In this document: positions 38,902-47,152 of the stretch, in pieces | Numbering within the stretch: the stretch's first letter is position 1 | Layout: every line of letters begins with the position of its first letter | Source of the DNA: an uncultured Gammaproteobacteria bacterium | GTDB taxonomy: Bacteria > Patescibacteriota > Patescibacteriia > S139-126 | Assembly: GCA_964493305.1 (NCBI GenBank) | Contig: CAZBLW010000002.1 | Span: forward strand, 76,677-140,676 | Length of the DNA: 64,000 bases | Direction: 5' to 3' | Made by a program: the position numbers and the translations under genes | Notes under the pieces: model-generated | Told to the model about the DNA's origin: nothing | Database searches by the model: none | Seen by the model: only the letters and a program-made list of their open reading frames with translations

Positions 38902-38917
38902 AAGCTATAAGCTAATT
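38881..38917. repeat. REP-like repeat, right-arm type (AAGCTACAAGCTAA...AAGCTATAAGCTAAT)
   Basis: Reverse complement of the left-arm motif. It ends ...taattacc immediately before the PrgI-like ATG. Confidence 0.55.
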
Positions 38918-38920
38918 ACC

Positions 38921-39364
38921 ATGCAACAATTTTTAGTCCCACAATTTATTGATGTTGAAAGTAAAATATTAGGCCCAATCACCGTCAGACAATTTGTGAT
39001 TATGATCGTAGTGATGGGAGCTTTGTTTACTTATTTTAAGACCTTGGATTTTTCCGGATTTTTACTGGCTTCAATTTTTACTGTTGCCCTGGGAGCAGCT
39101 TTTGGTTTTTTAAAAGTCAATGGTGCCCCTTTTCATATTTTTTTACTCAATGTTATCCAAACTATCATGCGCCCATCTTTACGGGTGTGGGCCAAAGACA
39201 ATGCTACTTTAGCAGATAAACAACCAGATACTGACAAAAAAGAAGATGATTTATTGAATACTGTAAAAGTTATCAAATCGCCTGTTAAACAAATAAATTC
39301 CACGCGACTATCGGAATTATCTTTAGTAGTAAATACAGGCGGTTATTATAAAGGAGAAAACTAA
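38921..39364 (+). CDS. PrgI/VirB3-like small membrane protein of Gram-positive-type T4SS
   Basis: MQQFLVPQFIDVESKILGPITVRQFVIMIV... matches the PrgI-family N-terminal signature (VPQ.ID.E.KI.GP.T.RQF). Two TM helices. Immediately upstream of VirB4. Confidence 0.5.
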   Translation: MQQFLVPQFIDVESKILGPITVRQFVIMIVVMGALFTYFKTLDFSGFLLASIFTVALGAAFGFLKVNGAPFHIFLLNVIQTIMRPSLRVWAKDNATLADKQPDTDKKEDDLLNTVKVIKSPVKQINSTRLSELSLVVNTGGYYKGEN

Positions 39365-39365
39365 A

Positions 39366-40043
39366 ATGAAATCAAAAAAATTGGCCAATAAAAAAGTTTC
39401 TATTTCAACTCAGCAGTATTTGGACATTGCTGAGATTAAAAATGATTCAGTAGTTTTGAAAGATGGCACCTTGCGAGCAGTGCTTTTGGTTTCTTCAATC
39501 AACTTTGCTTTAAAATCAGAGGATGAACAAAACGCTACTATCTCCGCTTATGTTAGTTTTTTAAATGCTTTGGATTTTCCTTTACAGATTGTTATTCAAT
39601 CAAGAAAACTAAATATTGATATTTATTTAGAGCAACTGGCCCAAAGAGAAAGAATGTTGACCAATGAGTTATTGCGTGCGCAAATTAGTGATTATCGCGA
39701 GTATGTTAAAGAATTGGTGGAATTGGGAGAGATTATGAGTAAGCGTTTTTATATTATTGTACCTTATGGTGGTACTGATATTGAAAAACCCAGTTTTTTA
39801 CAAAGATTGTCAGCGGTTTTTACCCCGGCCCGAGTTATTACCTTACAAAAGAAAAAATATGAACAGTATTTGGAGTTGTTGGATAAAAGAGTCGATTTTG
39901 TAATGTCCAATTTAGCTAGCATTGGTTTAACTTCAGTAAAACTTGATACCCAAAGTTTGATTGAGATGTATTACAATACCTACAATATTGATGTTTATGA
40001 ACAACAAAAATTAGCTGATGTTAATAAATTGAGAACCAATTAA
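39366..40043 (+). CDS. VirB4 N-terminal-domain-like protein (possibly the detached N-terminus of the downstream VirB4 ATPase)
   Basis: ...DIAEIKNDSVVLKDGTLRAVLLVSSINFALKSEDEQNATISAYVSFLNALDFPLQIVIQSRK... resembles the N-terminal region of Firmicutes VirB4/TcpF/Orf16 proteins. The gene ends 95 bp before the VirB4 ORF and is in a different frame. Confidence 0.45.
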   Translation: MKSKKLANKKVSISTQQYLDIAEIKNDSVVLKDGTLRAVLLVSSINFALKSEDEQNATISAYVSFLNALDFPLQIVIQSRKLNIDIYLEQLAQRERMLTNELLRAQISDYREYVKELVELGEIMSKRFYIIVPYGGTDIEKPSFLQRLSAVFTPARVITLQKKKYEQYLELLDKRVDFVMSNLASIGLTSVKLDTQSLIEMYYNTYNIDVYEQQKLADVNKLRTN

Positions 40044-40049
40044 TAAAGT

Positions 40050-40126
40050 TTTTAGTTGTTAGCTTTTAGCTTTTAGATAAATACAATTAAGAAGTCATAA
40101 GCTAAAAGCCAAAAGCTATAAGCTAA
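40050..40126. repeat. REP-like palindromic element (left arm ttagttgttagcttttagcttttag; right arm ctaaaagccaaaagctataagctaat)
   Basis: A long hairpin lying exactly between the two VirB4 pieces. It ends ccctaattacc before the ATG, the same junction as at 38921. Confidence 0.6.
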
Positions 40127-40138
40127 TCCCTAATTACC

Positions 40139-42031
40139 ATGTTTAACCCCAAACAAGCCTTACAAAAGAAGAGACCAGTCAAACAAATACTTTCTCGTCG
40201 TGAGCAGGCAGAAGTTGAGGTAGAAAAAACTTTGGATGAAAAACAGTTGTTGGAAGCAGAAAAAGTATTTCGTGAAGGCACCATAAAAATTCGGGATATT
40301 ATCGCCCCGGCTGCTTTCAAAGTCACTCCATCGTATTTGGAATTGGGATCAAAATTTGTCCGCAGTATTTTTGTGATTAATTATCCTCGATATATTTCAG
40401 TAGGTTGGTTTGCGCCAGTAATTAATTATTCTGCCACTATGGATATTGGAATGTTTTTTTATCCCATTCCAGCTGAAGTAGTTTTGAAGCAATTGAAAAA
40501 TAAAGTCGGTGTGTTGGAAGCACAACTTATTGCGGATGCCGAAAAAGGCGCTCCCCGTGATCCAATCCGAGAAACAGCTTTGCAGGATATTGAAAAATTG
40601 CGCGATGATCTTACTCAAGGTATAGAAAAATTTTTCCAATACGCATTGTATGTCACGATGTATGCCAACTCCAAAGATGAGCTGGATAATTTAACAGAAA
40701 AAATCGAATCATTATTTGGGGGTAAACTGGTCTATACCAAAAGAACATTGTATCAAGCCGAACAAGGATTCAATTCTACTTTACCTTTGGGTAATGACGA
40801 ATTGATGATTTCATTTAATATGAATTCTTCACCAGTGGCTTCTTCTTTTCCTTTTATATCTTCAGAGTTAACCAGTGATGAAGGTATACTTTATGGTATC
40901 AATCGTCATAATAACAGCCTGATTTTATTTGATCGATTTTCTTTACAAAATGCCAATTCGGTCGTATTTGCCACATCGGGTGCTGGTAAAAGTTATGCTA
41001 TCAAACTCGAGGTATTGCGCAGTTTGATGATGGGTACTGATGTAATAATTATTGATCCAGAAAAAGAGTATAAGCATTTGTCCGATGCGGTCGGGGGAAC
41101 TTATATTAACATTTCACTTTCTAGCGATAGTAAAATAAATCCCTTTGACCTACCGCGTAAAGTTGATGATATGAAGCCAGCAGACATTATCCGCAGTGCT
41201 GTTATAACCCTCAAGGGTTTAATGAGACTCATGCTTGGCAATCTTACCCATCAGGAAGATTCAATTATTGATCGGGCACTGCTGGAAACTTATGCCAAAA
41301 AAGACATTACTCCAAGTTCGGATTTATCTCAGGTTGAACCACCTTTGATGTCTGATTTTGAAGAAGTATTATCCGGTATGGAGGGGGGAGATGATTTGGT
41401 CTTGCGTTTGAAAAAATATACGGAAGGTACTTTTTCCGGTCTGTTCAATAGCCCTACCAATATCGATTTAGACAATCAATTAATCACTTTTTCCGTTAGG
41501 GATTTGGAAGACGAGTTAAGGCCAATAGCAATTTATACCATTGTCAATTATATTTGGAACATTGTCCGATCAGAGTTGAAAAAAAGAATTTTAGTTATTG
41601 ATGAAGCTTGGTGGCTGATGCAAAATGATGATAGCGCCAAATTTATTTATGCTTTGGTAAAACGTTGTCGTAAATATTATCTAGGTGTTACCACCATTAC
41701 CCAGGATGTAAATGACTTTTTACGCAGTCCTTATGGTCAAGCAATTGTAACCAATTCATCTTTGCAACTTTTACTTAAACAATCACCCGCTTCAATCGAT
41801 GTAGTTAAAAAGACTTTTATGTTGACTGAAGGTGAAAAATATTTGTTACTGGAGTGTGGTGTTGGTGAGGGTATATTTTTTGCCGGCTCTAAGCACGCAG
41901 CTATAAAAATTGTGGCTTCCTATACTGAGGATCAGTTGATTACCTCTGATCCTAAACAGTTATTGGAAATCGAAGAAGCTAAAAGAGAATTCAATCGTCA
42001 GCAAAAACAAGCTGAAGAGATGGAGATTTAA
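40139..42031 (+). CDS. virB4: VirB4/TraC/PrgJ-family T4SS ATPase
   Basis: IAPAAFKVTPSYLELGSKFVRSIFVINYPRYISVGW region. Walker A ATSGAGKS. Walker B ILVIDEAWW. 630 aa. Confidence 0.8.
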   Translation: MFNPKQALQKKRPVKQILSRREQAEVEVEKTLDEKQLLEAEKVFREGTIKIRDIIAPAAFKVTPSYLELGSKFVRSIFVINYPRYISVGWFAPVINYSATMDIGMFFYPIPAEVVLKQLKNKVGVLEAQLIADAEKGAPRDPIRETALQDIEKLRDDLTQGIEKFFQYALYVTMYANSKDELDNLTEKIESLFGGKLVYTKRTLYQAEQGFNSTLPLGNDELMISFNMNSSPVASSFPFISSELTSDEGILYGINRHNNSLILFDRFSLQNANSVVFATSGAGKSYAIKLEVLRSLMMGTDVIIIDPEKEYKHLSDAVGGTYINISLSSDSKINPFDLPRKVDDMKPADIIRSAVITLKGLMRLMLGNLTHQEDSIIDRALLETYAKKDITPSSDLSQVEPPLMSDFEEVLSGMEGGDDLVLRLKKYTEGTFSGLFNSPTNIDLDNQLITFSVRDLEDELRPIAIYTIVNYIWNIVRSELKKRILVIDEAWWLMQNDDSAKFIYALVKRCRKYYLGVTTITQDVNDFLRSPYGQAIVTNSSLQLLLKQSPASIDVVKKTFMLTEGEKYLLLECGVGEGIFFAGSKHAAIKIVASYTEDQLITSDPKQLLEIEEAKREFNRQQKQAEEMEI

Positions 42032-42036
42032 TAAAT

Positions 42037-42102
42037 CAGCTTTTAGCTTATAGCTTTTAGAAGGTTAAAACTACAAGCTATAAGCTACAAGCTATAAGCT
42101 AA
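42037..42102. repeat. REP-like palindromic element (cagcttttagcttatagcttttag ... ctacaagctataagctacaagctataagctaaaa)
   Basis: Same repeat family, forming a hairpin of at least 20 bp after VirB4. Confidence 0.6.
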
Positions 42103-42107
42103 AATAT

Positions 42108-42695
42108 ATGAACCCCCAAATAAAAAAATTACTCATTATATTGTTGGTACTAGTGGTACTTTTTGGATTATTTTTTGGTTGGTGGTGGTGGAAACAGAGA
42201 GAACAACCCGTAGTTAGTCAACCACCAATAACAAATCAACCATCAGCTACTACTACTGTGCCTGACGAGCAGGTGCAAGAAACTCTATCCCAACAGATTG
42301 TTGGCAAGTCAGAACAGGAAATTGGCGATTATGCTTCTATTGTCAATAACAGTAGATATTTTGTCGAACGATTTGGTAGTTTTTCCACTGGTGCCGCTTG
42401 GCAAAATATTGATGATATAAGATCAGTGGTAACTGAACAAGTTTACAATGATTTATCGAGTTTACGCGCCAGTACAGTTGGTGAGCAAATGGATTATTCA
42501 CTCAGTACCAAAAGTTTATCAGTCAGTGTAGAATCGCAAACAGAAAATTCTGCGGTTGTTTTGGTTAAGACCCAAAAAAGAGAGGTGAGTGAAGGCAATG
42601 AGCGCGTTTTTTATCAAGATATAGATTTACAATTGACTAAACAAGGAAATAGTTGGTTGGTATCAGATTTTAATTTAGGTCCAGAGAAAAAATAA
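42108..42695 (+). CDS. Bitopic membrane protein with an NTF2-like periplasmic domain (VirB8/TcpC-like, putative)
   Basis: N-terminal TM helix, Pro/Thr linker, then a domain of about 130 aa ending ...ERVFYQDIDLQLTKQGNSWLVSDFNL, typical of NTF2-fold conjugation proteins. Confidence 0.35.
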   Translation: MNPQIKKLLIILLVLVVLFGLFFGWWWWKQREQPVVSQPPITNQPSATTTVPDEQVQETLSQQIVGKSEQEIGDYASIVNNSRYFVERFGSFSTGAAWQNIDDIRSVVTEQVYNDLSSLRASTVGEQMDYSLSTKSLSVSVESQTENSAVVLVKTQKREVSEGNERVFYQDIDLQLTKQGNSWLVSDFNLGPEKK

Positions 42696-42696
42696 T

Positions 42697-43263
42697 ATGG
42701 TTGATAATGAAACTAATTATAAACGTGAATTAAATAGACAACGGATTAGCAGTTCACGTTCCCAGGGTATGAATGAAATGTTAGCTAGTAATAGATTTAA
42801 TAAACAAGTTGATAGTAATCAAGATCAAACAGGACTTTTAAAAAAAACTAGTGATTTAGAAAAAAGTGCTAAGAGAATTAGTAAGGGAGCAGCACAAGTT
42901 GCAGCGGGCAATAAAGTTGCAGGCGCAGTAAATATTGCCCGAGGAGCCAAAGATATTGGTGGAGAATTTTTAGCAGGTGGTTTTATGCGTGTTGGGGTGA
43001 TGTGGTATTTTATGATGTTAGTAGCTGGTGTAAAAGACGCTTTTGATGTTGCTTCGTTTGAACTTGTTTGGTGGCTAGATTGGATAATTGATATTGTGGT
43101 AGCAGGCCTCTTATGGACTTATTTATTTATGCACGATGCTGGTAAGAAAAAAGTGGTTGGTTTTATTGCTCCGATACTTGAGATATTACCATTTACTGGC
43201 ATTATACCTTGGTGGTCAATTAGCGTTTTGTATGTTGGTATAGGTAAAATGAATAAGAAATAA
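42697..43263 (+). CDS. Hypothetical polytopic membrane protein (188 aa)
   Basis: At least four hydrophobic helices. Translationally coupled to its neighbours. Confidence 0.4.
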   Translation: MVDNETNYKRELNRQRISSSRSQGMNEMLASNRFNKQVDSNQDQTGLLKKTSDLEKSAKRISKGAAQVAAGNKVAGAVNIARGAKDIGGEFLAGGFMRVGVMWYFMMLVAGVKDAFDVASFELVWWLDWIIDIVVAGLLWTYLFMHDAGKKKVVGFIAPILEILPFTGIIPWWSISVLYVGIGKMNKK

Positions 43264-44673
43264 ATGAAGAAAATAAAAATATACAAAAAATTATTTATAA
43301 TTATTTTTTTAACTTTACTTGGTTTTGGTGTGGTTGATTTTGTTTATGCACAAAATTTACCTGGTGATTGTTGGACACAAGAACAGTGTTTAGGGCAAGC
43401 TGGTAGTGACACAGCAAACTATTTTTTTAAAGAAGGTGATAGTGATTTTCAAAAGTATTGTAAGGCAAGCGATGGAGCTCAGTATGGTAAGTGTTATGTT
43501 AAACCTGATGAAGTAAATTTATCGGTTCCTATACCTGATGTGCAAAGCGGCGGATCCTTGCAAAAAGTTTCTCAGTTTCCTGAATATTTAAAAGTAATAT
43601 ATACCTATTTTATATATGTTATTGGTATTATTGCTGTTGCTTATATTGGTTGGGGTGGTTTTGAATGGATGATGGCAGCTGGTAGTGCAGAAAAAATTGC
43701 CAAAGCCAAGGATACTATCCAAGGTGCCTTTATTGGTTTGTTATTGGCCGTTGGTTCTTATGTGTTGTTAGGAACTATTAATTCTCGTTTAGTAAATTTT
43801 GATTATGTTAGAGTGGAAAGGATTAAACCTCATTTTCTCATGAATTATTGTGTTGATACCGAAAGTGTACAAAAATGGATAAAAGTAGGTGATGAGAGTA
43901 AAGTGAAAGTAAATAAAGAAGATACCTGGTGTAATTCTTCATATTATTCTGAAATAAATTCAAATAATACCTGTCAGGGGTTAAAATGTTCAGAAGGTTT
44001 ATATTGTTTACCTAAATTAAATACCGGCGGTTCATCAGATGCAGGTTTTGAGTGTGTTAATTTAAGTACAATTAGCTCTAGGTGTCAGTCTCAAGACACA
44101 GATACCTGTGAATTATTTGATCAATATTTACAAAATGTTCAAAAGACTGTGTTAAATTCTGATTTTTCTAGCAAAGCTTGTCGTTTACAAATTATTGTTA
44201 CCCAAGCGCTGATTGAAATAGGTGCAGGCAATGCAAATTCTTGTTATTTAGGCCAAATATATCAAGAATCTGATTATAGTTCGGTAGAAGTTTTAGATAA
44301 TAATAGTAATGTTACCGAGACTTATAGTATGACCAGGATTAATTGTAGCCAGGGTCAGGGTATATGTACTGAAAGTGGTGAACCGCGTGTACTTGAATGG
44401 TTTAAATTGCCAACCGTTCAAGTAGAAGTTAGTTGTACTGATTCAAATAGAGCGTCTAGAAATATGGATTCAATTTGTATAAGTTCAGAGCAATCAAAAT
44501 GTTCCGCCAATAAACCAAGTACCTCAGTATCTGATTATTTTTATGCAACAGGTGATAATATTTATTATGACTGGGTAGAAGTTAATTGTACCACGGTACC
44601 ACCTTTAGGTGGGTCATGTAGTAATAAATGTTGGGTTATGATTGCGAATTATTATGATTTCGATGCAGGTTAA
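43264..44673 (+). CDS. Secreted Cys-rich protein with a central pilin-like hydrophobic segment (469 aa), paralogous in that segment to the 47127 protein
   Basis: Signal peptide. Shared motif VAYIGWGGFEWMMAAGSAEKIAKAKDTIQGAFIGLLLAVGSY, compared with VAYMAFGGMQWLAAAGSAEGINKAKETIRDSFIGLLLVVSSY in 47127. More than 25 Cys. Confidence 0.5.
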   Translation: MKKIKIYKKLFIIIFLTLLGFGVVDFVYAQNLPGDCWTQEQCLGQAGSDTANYFFKEGDSDFQKYCKASDGAQYGKCYVKPDEVNLSVPIPDVQSGGSLQKVSQFPEYLKVIYTYFIYVIGIIAVAYIGWGGFEWMMAAGSAEKIAKAKDTIQGAFIGLLLAVGSYVLLGTINSRLVNFDYVRVERIKPHFLMNYCVDTESVQKWIKVGDESKVKVNKEDTWCNSSYYSEINSNNTCQGLKCSEGLYCLPKLNTGGSSDAGFECVNLSTISSRCQSQDTDTCELFDQYLQNVQKTVLNSDFSSKACRLQIIVTQALIEIGAGNANSCYLGQIYQESDYSSVEVLDNNSNVTETYSMTRINCSQGQGICTESGEPRVLEWFKLPTVQVEVSCTDSNRASRNMDSICISSEQSKCSANKPSTSVSDYFYATGDNIYYDWVEVNCTTVPPLGGSCSNKCWVMIANYYDFDAG

Positions 44674-44693
44674 AAAATTGAAGAAATTTACTT

Positions 44694-45965
44694 ATGAATA
44701 GAAAAAAAATTATACAAATTATTATTTTTGCAATCATTGTTGTTGGTTTGGCGTATTTACTTTGGTCAATGTTTTGGCAACCTGAAGGGCCAGTAACTCC
44801 TACTGATACTCCGCCTGGTCAAACCGGACAATTACCTGATATTGGTGAAGGTCCGCCTGCGGGAGTAGTAATTGATCCGATTACGGGATTACCTATTTCT
44901 GGTGAAGTAGTACAACCTGGCGGGCAAACATCTACTACTACTGGCCAACCTACTACCAATCAACCAACTATTAGTGATCGGGCGATTGGCGGTTTAACCA
45001 CAGCCAAAACGGTGGTGAATAAAGATATCTTAGGGATTAAACCAATTGGTGATGGTAAAAGTTTCAATTATTATGATACAGCTGACAATAAATTTTATCG
45101 TTTAACAGCCAGTGGCGAAGTCCAAGCTTTGTCAGATAAAAGGTTTTTCAATGTCGATTCTGTTGCCTGGTCGCCAGACGGCAATAAGGCAATTTTGGAA
45201 TACCCTGATAGTACCAATATTTTTTACGATTTTACTCAAGATAAGCAAGTTACCCTGCCACGACAAATGACCGAGTTTAATTTTTCTCGGGGTGGCGAAA
45301 ATATTGGTTTTAAGTGGCAGTCAGATTTACCCAATGATGACTGGCTAGGTATAGCTACTCCCGATGGTAGCGAAATAAAATTTATTGAACCTATGAACAA
45401 TGCCGAAGAAGATGTACAGGTTGCTTGGTCGCCGAATAATCAAGTAATTGCTTTTTACAGGGAGGGTAAAGGATTGAATCAGTCCGAAGTATACTTGATT
45501 GGACAATATGGTGAAAATTTTAAATCTTTAGCTGTTCAAGGGAGAGGTTTTGAAGGCGAGTGGTTGGCTGATGGTAAGAATGTATTGTATCAAATATATT
45601 CAGATGCTTCAGGTTCTAGACCGATGCTGTGGGTTACGCGGGCTGATGGGGATAATATTGGATTAAATAACAATTCTTTAGGTGTACAAACCTGGCTGGA
45701 TAAATGTGCTATTTCTGGTGCCAGTGCTTATTGTGCAGTGCCAGAATATTTACCGGAGGGAGCAGCTTATGTTCCTGAAGTAGCTGATACGATTCCTGAT
45801 TTGTTTTACCGGATCGATTTAACCACTGGTGCTAAAACGCTACTGGCTAAACCAGTTGGCGATTTATCACAGTACACCGCTAGTCAAGTGATGGTTTCGC
45901 AAGATGAAAGTGAACTTTATTTTGTCGACAAAGCCACTGGTGGACTTTATAGTATAAATCTTTAG
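44694..45965 (+). CDS. Membrane-anchored beta-propeller protein (TolB/WD40-like 'SPDG' repeats)
   Basis: N-terminal TM, Pro/Thr/Gly linker, repeated AWSPDGNKAILEY / AWSPNNQVIAFY blades. Confidence 0.45.
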   Translation: MNRKKIIQIIIFAIIVVGLAYLLWSMFWQPEGPVTPTDTPPGQTGQLPDIGEGPPAGVVIDPITGLPISGEVVQPGGQTSTTTGQPTTNQPTISDRAIGGLTTAKTVVNKDILGIKPIGDGKSFNYYDTADNKFYRLTASGEVQALSDKRFFNVDSVAWSPDGNKAILEYPDSTNIFYDFTQDKQVTLPRQMTEFNFSRGGENIGFKWQSDLPNDDWLGIATPDGSEIKFIEPMNNAEEDVQVAWSPNNQVIAFYREGKGLNQSEVYLIGQYGENFKSLAVQGRGFEGEWLADGKNVLYQIYSDASGSRPMLWVTRADGDNIGLNNNSLGVQTWLDKCAISGASAYCAVPEYLPEGAAYVPEVADTIPDLFYRIDLTTGAKTLLAKPVGDLSQYTASQVMVSQDESELYFVDKATGGLYSINL

Positions 45966-46023
45966 AATTTTTAATTTTTAATTTTATAATTTTTCAAATA
46001 ATTTTTAATTTTTAAATAATAAA
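45966..46023. repeat. AT-rich inverted repeat (ttttaatttttaatttt), left flank of the four-helix-bundle cassette
   Basis: Its reverse complement, aaaattaaaaatta, occurs on the other side of the 46024 gene. Confidence 0.45.
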
Positions 46024-46362
46024 ATGAAATATGACCTTGAGGAGAGGGTCGCTAAATTTGGAGAAGAAACTATTAAGTTTATAAGATTAGTACAAAAAGA
46101 TATAGTAGTTTCTCCAATTATTACCCAGTTAATAAAATCAAGTACTAGTATTGGAGCTAACTATATGGAAGCCAATCAAGCTAGTTCAAAAAAAGATTTT
46201 AAAAATAAAATAAGAATTTGTCAAAAAGAATCCAACGAAATAAAACATTGGCTGAGAATGCTAGCGGTTGCCACCCCAAATCATAAAGAAAAATGTAAAC
46301 AGTTATGGCAAGAAGCTCATGAATTAACTCTCATATTTGCCAAGATTTCTAAGAATATTTAA
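46024..46362 (+). CDS. Four-helix-bundle protein (23S rRNA IVS-protein family), second copy
   Basis: ...TSIGANYMEANQASSKKDFKNKIRICQKESNEIKHWLRML... is the family signature. 112 aa. Flanked by inverted AT-rich repeats. Confidence 0.65.
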   Translation: MKYDLEERVAKFGEETIKFIRLVQKDIVVSPIITQLIKSSTSIGANYMEANQASSKKDFKNKIRICQKESNEIKHWLRMLAVATPNHKEKCKQLWQEAHELTLIFAKISKNI

Positions 46363-46423
46363 GTTTAAAAATTTTGATTTATTTATAAAATTAAAAATTA
46401 CAAAATTATAAAATTTATTTATT
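46363..46423. repeat. AT-rich inverted repeat (aaaattaaaaattacaaaatt), right flank of the four-helix-bundle cassette
   Basis: Complementary to the 45966-46023 flank. Confidence 0.45.
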
Positions 46424-47152
46424 ATGTCTAAAAAATTAAATAAAAAACCAAACAAGACAAATAGCAAAGCATCCACTTCAATTTGGATTTTTTTTGGCGC
46501 TGGTGTTGTCTTGTTGTTTATTGGTATTATTTTGTTTGTTTTGGCAGAAGCAGCTGTAAATATTGATAATCGTCCAGCTACTGTTAAATATGCTGCTGGT
46601 CCAAAAATAGCCTATGGCGACCCCTTGATAAGAGATGCTAAGATTTTATACCCCAAAGTTTTACCCGATGATGTTAGAAAAGGCGCTGGCTCTGCCAAAG
46701 TTACGATTTTTTATTACTGTGATCTTTTTAGTCCGTTGTGTAAAGATCAACAAAATGAAATCTATAAGTTATGGGCGTTATATCCGGAAAACATTTTGCG
46801 TATTGTTTGGAAAGGAACCGCTTCAACCAACGAAGGTATGCTAGCTCAGCAAGCAGTATATTGCGCCAATGCGCAAGGTAAATTTTGGGAATATCAATAC
46901 GAGGTTTTAAAAAATCAAGCCAACATAAATTTAAAATTTTTAGAATCACTAGCCACTACTCTCAATTTATCTTTGGTAGAATTTAATACTTGTTTAAATG
47001 AGGGTCAGATGGAACAAAAAGTATATGAGAATAATATTGAGGCCACTGATTTGGAGATAGATGCCGTACCCTATTTTTTCATAGACAATACACCTTATCG
47101 AGGATATTTTTCTAGTGAAGAATTAAGTGAAATCATCAATGAGCAGTTATAA
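46424..47152 (+). CDS. Membrane-anchored DsbA-like thioredoxin-fold protein with an atypical active site
   Basis: N-terminal TM. TIFYYCDLFSPLCKD stands where DsbA has F..CP.C (here S-P-L-C). DsbA helical-insert signature VYCANAQGKFWEYQYEVLKNQ. Confidence 0.55.
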   Translation: MSKKLNKKPNKTNSKASTSIWIFFGAGVVLLFIGIILFVLAEAAVNIDNRPATVKYAAGPKIAYGDPLIRDAKILYPKVLPDDVRKGAGSAKVTIFYYCDLFSPLCKDQQNEIYKLWALYPENILRIVWKGTASTNEGMLAQQAVYCANAQGKFWEYQYEVLKNQANINLKFLESLATTLNLSLVEFNTCLNEGQMEQKVYENNIEATDLEIDAVPYFFIDNTPYRGYFSSEELSEIINEQL

